Shown here: positions 47,106-52,913 of the stretch, piece after piece | Layout: each line of letters begins with the position of its first letter | Numbering within the stretch: position 1 is the stretch's first letter | NCBI GenBank assembly: GCA_049999805.1 | Contig: JBNGIO010004209.1 | Span: forward strand, 1-52,913 | DNA: 52,913 bases | DNA from: Folioceros fuciformis | Lineage: Eukaryota | Reading direction: 5' to 3' | Position numbers and translations under genes: made by a program | The notes under the pieces: generated by a model | What the model saw: only the letters and a program-made list of their open reading frames with translations | What the model was told of the DNA's origin: nothing | Databases searched by the model: none

Positions 47106-49016
47106 TCACGGAGATAGCTCCAGCGTCCATATGGCCTCACCGATAAGCGACTTCATCGGAGAGTCTACATACTTCGCGTCCCTGGAAACCAGTAGTGCTG
47201 GCAGAGCTCCATCAAGGGATTCCCTGTCTCCTACATGTATCGCCAGATAGCACAGGAGTCTCAAAGCATGAAGCTGTGCATCAATGTCACCAAAAGAAAC
47301 AAGCTGCACAATAGGACCGACTGCGGAGCTTGCGATAACTGATTTGGAGTGCTCAACCTTCAAAAAATTGTCGTTGTCAACAAACTTCGTAAGAGCTGCA
47401 GCTGCTGCCTCTGCTACACGCGGATTATCTCTGTTGGACAGCTGGGCAGCAAGAGGTTTAATGACGTTCGTTGAAGCTGGAAATATCCTGGCCAGGCAGC
47501 CAATGGATTTCAAACAAGGCACCTGCAACTCAGGTTCTCCTTCTTGAATGACACGAAGCAATTGTTGAACAATAGCCTTGGCAGTAGGGGAGTTGGTCTT
47601 GAAAGCTGCCCTCTTCAGGTCCCCATCCATCTCAGCGGCTATAGCAATCTCCGTGACTGCCATGACTGAGTTCATCTGCACTTCTCTATCCCCTTGCTCT
47701 ATCAGTTTGGCAAAGCATAACAAAGCCCTGGTATCCGTAATGCTCTTACAGTTACTAATGTTTTCTTTGGCCATCATCCACAGAGCACGGGCAACTTCCG
47801 CCTTAAGCTTCGCTTTAACCTCTGGGTCCTCCCTGTCCCTGTCTTTCCGACTGGCCTGCCGCAGATGTCCAGCTCTACCACTCTCTGCCGCACCCCACAC
47901 TGGGCCACCTCCACCAGCACTGGGCCTGGAATAGGCAGATTTGTAATCAGCAACAATAGAGGGCTTCACTGGGACATCCACCCTCTGCGGCGAGACTTCA
48001 TAGTCATCCCGCACCTCGTGCTTCAAGCTATGGTTCAACCCAACCTCTCCTACGCCTTCATGGTCAGAAGGTTTGGACGAGTGACTATCCCTTCCTCCAA
48101 CCCCCTTTTTAGCCAAGCTGGACGTGACCACGGTGTGCATAGTAACCTTGTTCTGGGAAGGCTCTTCCACAGTAGTGTCGCGGGCAAGCAAAGCCACCAA
48201 TAACCGAATAGCACCATTGCTTGCAAAATTCTTCTGTGCATCCACACTAAAAAAGGCCATCTGAGCCAAAGCCCAGGCAACCGCAATCTGCACCTTCATC
48301 GGACCATTCTGGAGCACGCGAGTAAACACCAGAATTGCTCCGCTATTGATCATTTCCTTCACCCCCTCTTCGTCCATGGCAAGCTGCCCAAGAGCCCTGG
48401 CTGCATTTTCCTGCCCTGTCGCAGTCCCATCCGACAGCAACTTGAGAAGCGGAGGCAGGCCTTCTTCCTCGATAATCATCTTCGCATGCCGATCACTACT
48501 ACTAGCCCAACTAGCAAGATCGTCAGCACTTTCAGCCTTGGCCTCCATCGTCCCTGACATTAAAAGGGCAATCAGTCCCCATATGGTAGCCAGATTAGGA
48601 TCCGTCGACGCCACAGGCGGCATACCAGCATGCTCCGACTGCTCATCTCCACTAGCACACACACTGAGCAGCCATCTGAGGTCCCCAATTGAGCTTTCGA
48701 TCCTGTCGTTAACCTTTTTGAAGTCCGTGGCCGATGCCAGGATGATCACTTTCCTCACGAAGCCGCTCTTCTTGCACTTCTTGGCCAGAGCAAGAGCTTT
48801 CTCCAAAGACTTCTCCAAACCCTCCATAATCCTCTTGGCGGGCCTTTCATACAGCCCAATAGTCCGAGCTGCGCTCTGCAACAGGTCTCTCAGCGTGTCC
48901 AGCTGGCTCTTCAGAGTCTCGCATTCCAATTTCCGCGTATCCGGGTCCTGCAAAGCCGACCGAATCTCATCCGTCTTGTGCACCAGCTGGGCCAGCTCAT
49001 GCCTGGTGCCCTCCAT
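47106..49016 (-). CDS. ARO: ARMADILLO REPEAT ONLY (ARO) family protein, single exon
   Basis: LYERPAKRI, GMPPVASTDPNLATIWGLIA, IIEEEGLPPLLKLL, NGPMKVQIAVAWA, REDPEVKAKLKAEVARALW and ITDTRALLCFAKL. Confidence 0.92.
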   Translation of the reverse strand: MEGTRHELAQLVHKTDEIRSALQDPDTRKLECETLKSQLDTLRDLLQSAARTIGLYERPAKRIMEGLEKSLEKALALAKKCKKSGFVRKVIILASATDFKKVNDRIESSIGDLRWLLSVCASGDEQSEHAGMPPVASTDPNLATIWGLIALLMSGTMEAKAESADDLASWASSSDRHAKMIIEEEGLPPLLKLLSDGTATGQENAARALGQLAMDEEGVKEMINSGAILVFTRVLQNGPMKVQIAVAWALAQMAFFSVDAQKNFASNGAIRLLVALLARDTTVEEPSQNKVTMHTVVTSSLAKKGVGGRDSHSSKPSDHEGVGEVGLNHSLKHEVRDDYEVSPQRVDVPVKPSIVADYKSAYSRPSAGGGGPVWGAAESGRAGHLRQASRKDRDREDPEVKAKLKAEVARALWMMAKENISNCKSITDTRALLCFAKLIEQGDREVQMNSVMAVTEIAIAAEMDGDLKRAAFKTNSPTAKAIVQQLLRVIQEGEPELQVPCLKSIGCLARIFPASTNVIKPLAAQLSNRDNPRVAEAAAAALTKFVDNDNFLKVEHSKSVIASSAVGPIVQLVSFGDIDAQLHALRLLCYLAIHVGDRESLDGALPALLVSRDAKYVDSPMKSLIGEAIWTLELSP

Positions 49017-49343
49017 TCCGCACAACTGCCCCCTACCGCCGCCGGGCACTCGACCCTCCAGCTCCACCCATCCCGATCATCCCCATCACGACCCAGCGCC
49101 GCCTTCCCACCGTGAGCTCCACCATTGCGCCTCCCTTGAGCCTTCCACCAGCTGGTGCTGCAAGCCCTTGCATTTTGGGCGTCACAGCTTTCAACGCTTC
49201 GTTGAGCTTTTCGTCTCCATGGTAGGGCCCTGGTCGTGGCGATAGCGAGGAAGTTTCTGGTCAGGCCTGGTCTTCGGAACGGCTCGGATGAGTCGGATCG
49301 CCGACCCCAATCAGTTCATTTGCCTTCCCTCGTGCCTGTTGGG

Positions 49344-51388
49344 ATGCTCCGTGTTGGTCGTCGCGCAGCACCTTCCTGCTGGCGCGCTTTGCTGGCCCGG
49401 CAGCAGTCAACCGCTTCATCGGCTCCGTGTTTAGCTGGCGAAGGCGTTGCTGGGTTTGCAGCCAGACCGCTCTTCAGTCGCTGCTACTCCAAACTGCTGC
49501 TGAACAATGTTCGTGTCAGCCTCTCGTGTATGCTGTGGTGGGTGTTCGGGGGTGTAGAACCTTGACTCCTGGTATTACCCTCTGGTTTGCAGGTTTTCGG
49601 ACGCCCCTCTGCAGTCACTCAGCGTTGCATCCACGCCGCTGCTGCAATTCACGACCCTGCTGCGGTGGCAGGTCAGAGGAAGGTGCGAGTATGGCTGCTC
49701 TGCTGCACAGGGTGGGTGTTCAGCTTGGTTGTGCTGGGAGGAGTCACACGACTGACCAGGTCTGGGCTGTCCATGACGGACTGGAAGTTCGCTGGGACTC
49801 TGCCTCCTCTGTCACCTGAGGAGTGGCAGGTGGAGTTTGACAAGTACAAGCTGTCTCCTGAGTACAAACGGTGAGCGTGGCAGGCACTGAATTGGATTCT
49901 TGTGGGTCGGTAGGTGAGGGATGGAACGACTTGTAGGAGGGGCGTCATCACTCATACAGATGCGTGCTTCAGTGTGAATCAGGGTATGAGTTTAGAGCAC
50001 TTCAAATTTATATATTGGATGGAGTACGCTCACAGAATGTGGGGCAGAGGGCTTGGAGTGCTCTTCGCCGTACCTTTTGCCTACTTCGGGTTCAAAGGCT
50101 ACGTCAGCGGCCCACTTGCTGCGAGGCTGTCCGTGTTGTTTGGCATGGGCGCTGCTCAGGGATTCGTGGGATGGTGGATGGTTAAAAGTGGGCTTGAGGT
50201 AAATCTCTTTGCAGCTGCTTAAAGTGTTGGTTTGTATGGATTCAAAATGTGGTCAAGTGTAACTGATGCAGCAAGATATGGGTCAAATAGCAATAGTTTC
50301 TGTGCAGATGGAATTGACAGCTTCAGCTGTTGCCTGACAGCACGATGTCTTGTCCTGAGATTGAAGGTGGAATTCTTTTGTACAGGAGCCCAAATCTGTA
50401 TTCGCCCAGCCAAGAGTCAGCCCCTATCGTCTGGCCGTCCACCTGACATCAGCATTTGCCATTTATTCAGGCCTTCTTTGGACAGCCCTGTCTGTTGGCG
50501 CACCCGAGTCAGTCGCTAACTCGGCGGACCTGGTTTCAGCAAACAGGAAGCTATGGAAGCTTCTTGTGCCTGTTGCCGCCCTCGTGGGTTTGACAGCCCT
50601 ATCTGGGGCATTTGTTGCTGGAAACGATGCGGTGAGAGTTTCGATTCAGTTGAAGGGAAATCCTTTTTCTTGGTGAACCCCGTACTTCTGAGTACCTTAT
50701 TCCTCTAGACATTGAACTGAGAACTGCCTGTGTTCTTGTTTGTGGTTATTGCAGGGCCATGCCTTCAACACGTTTCCCAAAATGGGAGACCGATGGATCC
50801 CCGATGATGTTTTGGAGATGCAACCCTTACTCAGGAACTTCTTTGAGAACACAAGCACGGTTCAGGTAAGCACAAGCGCATGGATGTGCATTTTAGCAGG
50901 TACAATATCAGGACCATACGGCAGCTCTTTGTCGTGGTTAGTGCCGAGAAGGTTCTAGTACTACCGTCAGTCAAGTTCGTCTCTAAAAGTATACCTCGTG
51001 GTGTTTATCAGCTTGACCACCGCGTTCTTGCAATTTCTACACTCATAAGCGTGGGCACCGTCTGGTTCACAACCAGGCACCTAGTTGTGAACCCACAAGT
51101 GCGATTTCTTCTCAACAGTGCTCTTGCCATGACCGCCATTCAGGTTCGTCTTAGCTATCATTCGGGGTTTGGATTGGACCATGTGGTCTCTGAGAGTTCA
51201 GAATAACCAGACTATGTTCTGCGCAGGTAACTCTTGGAGTCTCCACTCTCCTGACATACGTACCCGTCTCGCTTGGTGCTGCCCACCAGGCTGGAGCCTT
51301 GACGTTGTTCAGCATCTTCATAGCTCTGCTAAATGCTGTCAAGCAGCCCAGGACCTTTACACGCATGGCACCCATCCTTCTGCGATAG
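49344..51388 (+). CDS. COX15: Heme A synthase / cytochrome c oxidase assembly protein COX15, multi-exon
   Basis: Arg-rich presequence, VVLGGVTRLTRSGLSMTDW, FKFIYWMEYAHRMWGR, VSPYRLAVHL, SGAFVAGNDAGHAFNTFPKMG, VQLDHR and AAHQAGAL; stop at 51386-51388. Confidence 0.95.
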
Positions 51389-51389
51389 G

Positions 51390-51545
51390 ACTCTTGGAGT
51401 CTCCACTCTCGTGACATACATACCCGTCTCGTTTGGTACCCACCAAGCTGGGTCTTTGACGTTGTTCAGCATCTTCATACCTCTGCAAGACGATGTCAAG
51501 CAGCCCAAGGGCCTGACACGAATGACACCCATCATTATGCGAAGG
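51390..51545 (+). repeat. Tandem duplicate of the COX15 last exon
   Basis: ACTCTTGGAGTCTCCACTCTC...CACCCATC.TT.TGCGA repeats about 51230-51385 with scattered substitutions and one 3-nt deletion. Confidence 0.92.
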
Positions 51546-51746
51546 ATTAGAGTGACTAGAAGAACTCAAATTTTCTCCAGATGGCTCTGCATTGGAAAGC
51601 CGGGAGGTGCATAGTGCAGCTACTCCAGCTCAGGAGAGCCCTACTGTGTCGTAACTGCCACCTATTGACCGTTTGATGTCCGTGGAACATGAATGTTTTT
51701 AGGTTATACCCTGCAAGCCAGTCTGCTTTGCATTTGTGCTGCAGCG

Positions 51747-52394
51747 ATGTCGGGAGGGTTCAAAGCCTTCTGGAACAGTCCAGTGGGACCAAAGACCACC
51801 CATTTTTGGGGTCCGGCTGCCAACTGGGGCGTTGTCTTCGCTGTACGTTGCCATGCTTCCATCTGTTCTGGGAGTTTCCGCAATTTAGATGCATATCTGC
51901 CCTGCAGATGCTCTACTGCTACCTATGCATTATTAGGAAGGACGTGCTCTTGTTTGTAGGCCGTTGCGGATTCGACTAAACCGCCTGAACTGATATCTGG
52001 CAACATGACCGGAGGTAATAGTCCTCCATTTTTGTTGCAGAGGCGTCATTTCCTGTTGCCCGACTGGACAGCTTGCTGAAGGAGTCTGGTATCTGCTTGC
52101 ATTGTGCAGCCATGTGCATCTATTCTTTACTGTTCATGAGATTTGCATGGGTGGTCAAGCCACGCAATTACTTTTTGATGGGCACTCACGCTGCTAATGA
52201 GTCCATTCAAGCTTACCAGCTCTCAAGATGGGCACAGCATAAGTAAGCGTGCGAAATGGCTCTGCGACTAACTTGCTGAAAAACTCTCGTCTGTGCATTC
52301 TGACTCAAAGCATGTGAGAGACAATGGTGTAAGTTGTCCTTTTTCGCTGGATTGCAGCTATGGACCAAGGGAGGAGCATTTCAAAAAGAAGTAG
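51747..52394 (+). CDS. MPC1: Second, divergent mitochondrial pyruvate carrier 1 paralogue, 4 coding exons
   Basis: MSGGFKAFWNSPVGPKTTHFWGPAANWGVVFA-AVADSTKPPELISGNMTG-AMCIYSLLFMRFAWVVKPRNYFLMGTHAANESIQAYQLSRWAQHN-YGPREEHFKKK*. Intron positions match the copy at 43.6-44.3 kb. Confidence 0.9.
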
Positions 52395-52879
52395 CTGGTT
52401 GTATGCATTTGGACCCTTCAGAGAAAGAGAACTGTTCCGTAACGTAGGTCATGCATAGGTCCCGTAACCTGTCCTCCATTTCCCAATAGCAACTGTGAGA
52501 AAGGCTGTCGAGATGTTCTTCCTTGGACCGGATGTCCGTCCCCCACTGACACTGTAATGGACCTTACTAGCGGGACAAAGCAATTTGAGCTAGAGCAACA
52601 ACAAGATATTCGAGCAACAGCGGCTGGCAAGAACACATGCACACACAACTTTCGGACCCAGCTTCTGCAGTGGCTGGCAAGAAACCCGCACCGCCAGTAC
52701 TGCTTCCGGAGGTGAGCAACATAGTGCTCTAAGAAAGTTAGGAGTGTTGGAGATGGGACCATTATCGGGGAGGAAAGCACACCCACCAGAGTGCAGGAAC
52801 ACGAGATTATCACAGAGGGAGCGCTGCGACGTCGCATCGTCTGAAAAGACATGAACTAAGCCATACCGTAACCTGGTTT

Positions 52880-52905
52880 CTCTCCTCTCCTCTCCTCTCC
52901 TCTCC
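52880..52905. repeat. (CTCTC)n microsatellite
   Basis: About 5 copies of the pentamer near the window end. Confidence 0.85.
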
Positions 52906-52913
52906 TTAACCCC

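Noticed and set aside
48346..49245. 299-aa plus-strand ORF and similar long antisense ORFs (14229-15053, 32658-33359, 37426-38076, 34211-34876)
   Set aside because: These are shadow frames opposite well-supported GC-rich genes and show no independent motifs.
52418..52852. 144-aa minus-strand ORF at the window end
   Set aside because: No recognisable homology. It may be UTR or part of a gene beyond the window, and I cannot support a call.

Overview
This is gene-dense, intron-containing land-plant nuclear DNA with short GT-AG introns (about 80-150 nt) and very short intergenic spacers. That architecture plus a WW-type PLS-PPR gene suggests a seed-free plant such as a hornwort (inference). About 21 protein-coding genes are supportable: subtilase 3' end, isopropylmalate dehydratase large subunit, two coiled-coil proteins, purple acid phosphatase, V-ATPase A, PLS-E PPR editing factor, LAG1 ceramide synthase, RPL38, DUF212, PEP-mutase/ICL-family lyase, SCPL-II, an orphan zinc-knuckle gene, CDPK, AP-3 delta, two MPC1 paralogues, PIG-M, ARO and COX15. 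One AT-rich island (about 23.1-24.9 kb) holds 35-bp repeats, a tRNA/SINE-like remnant, a PPT-like tract and an assembly gap. I found no prokaryote-type system such as CRISPR and no clearly new multi-gene system. The most notable oddities are: (1) a WW-type PPR whose DYW deaminase domain seems to survive only as a decayed relic after the stop; (2) an intronless CDPK lacking both N-lobe EF-hands; (3) a frame-preserving tandem duplicate of the COX15 last exon next to a divergent second MPC1; (4) an orphan CCHC zinc-knuckle gene. All family calls come from motif recognition by eye, and exon limits are manual predictions.
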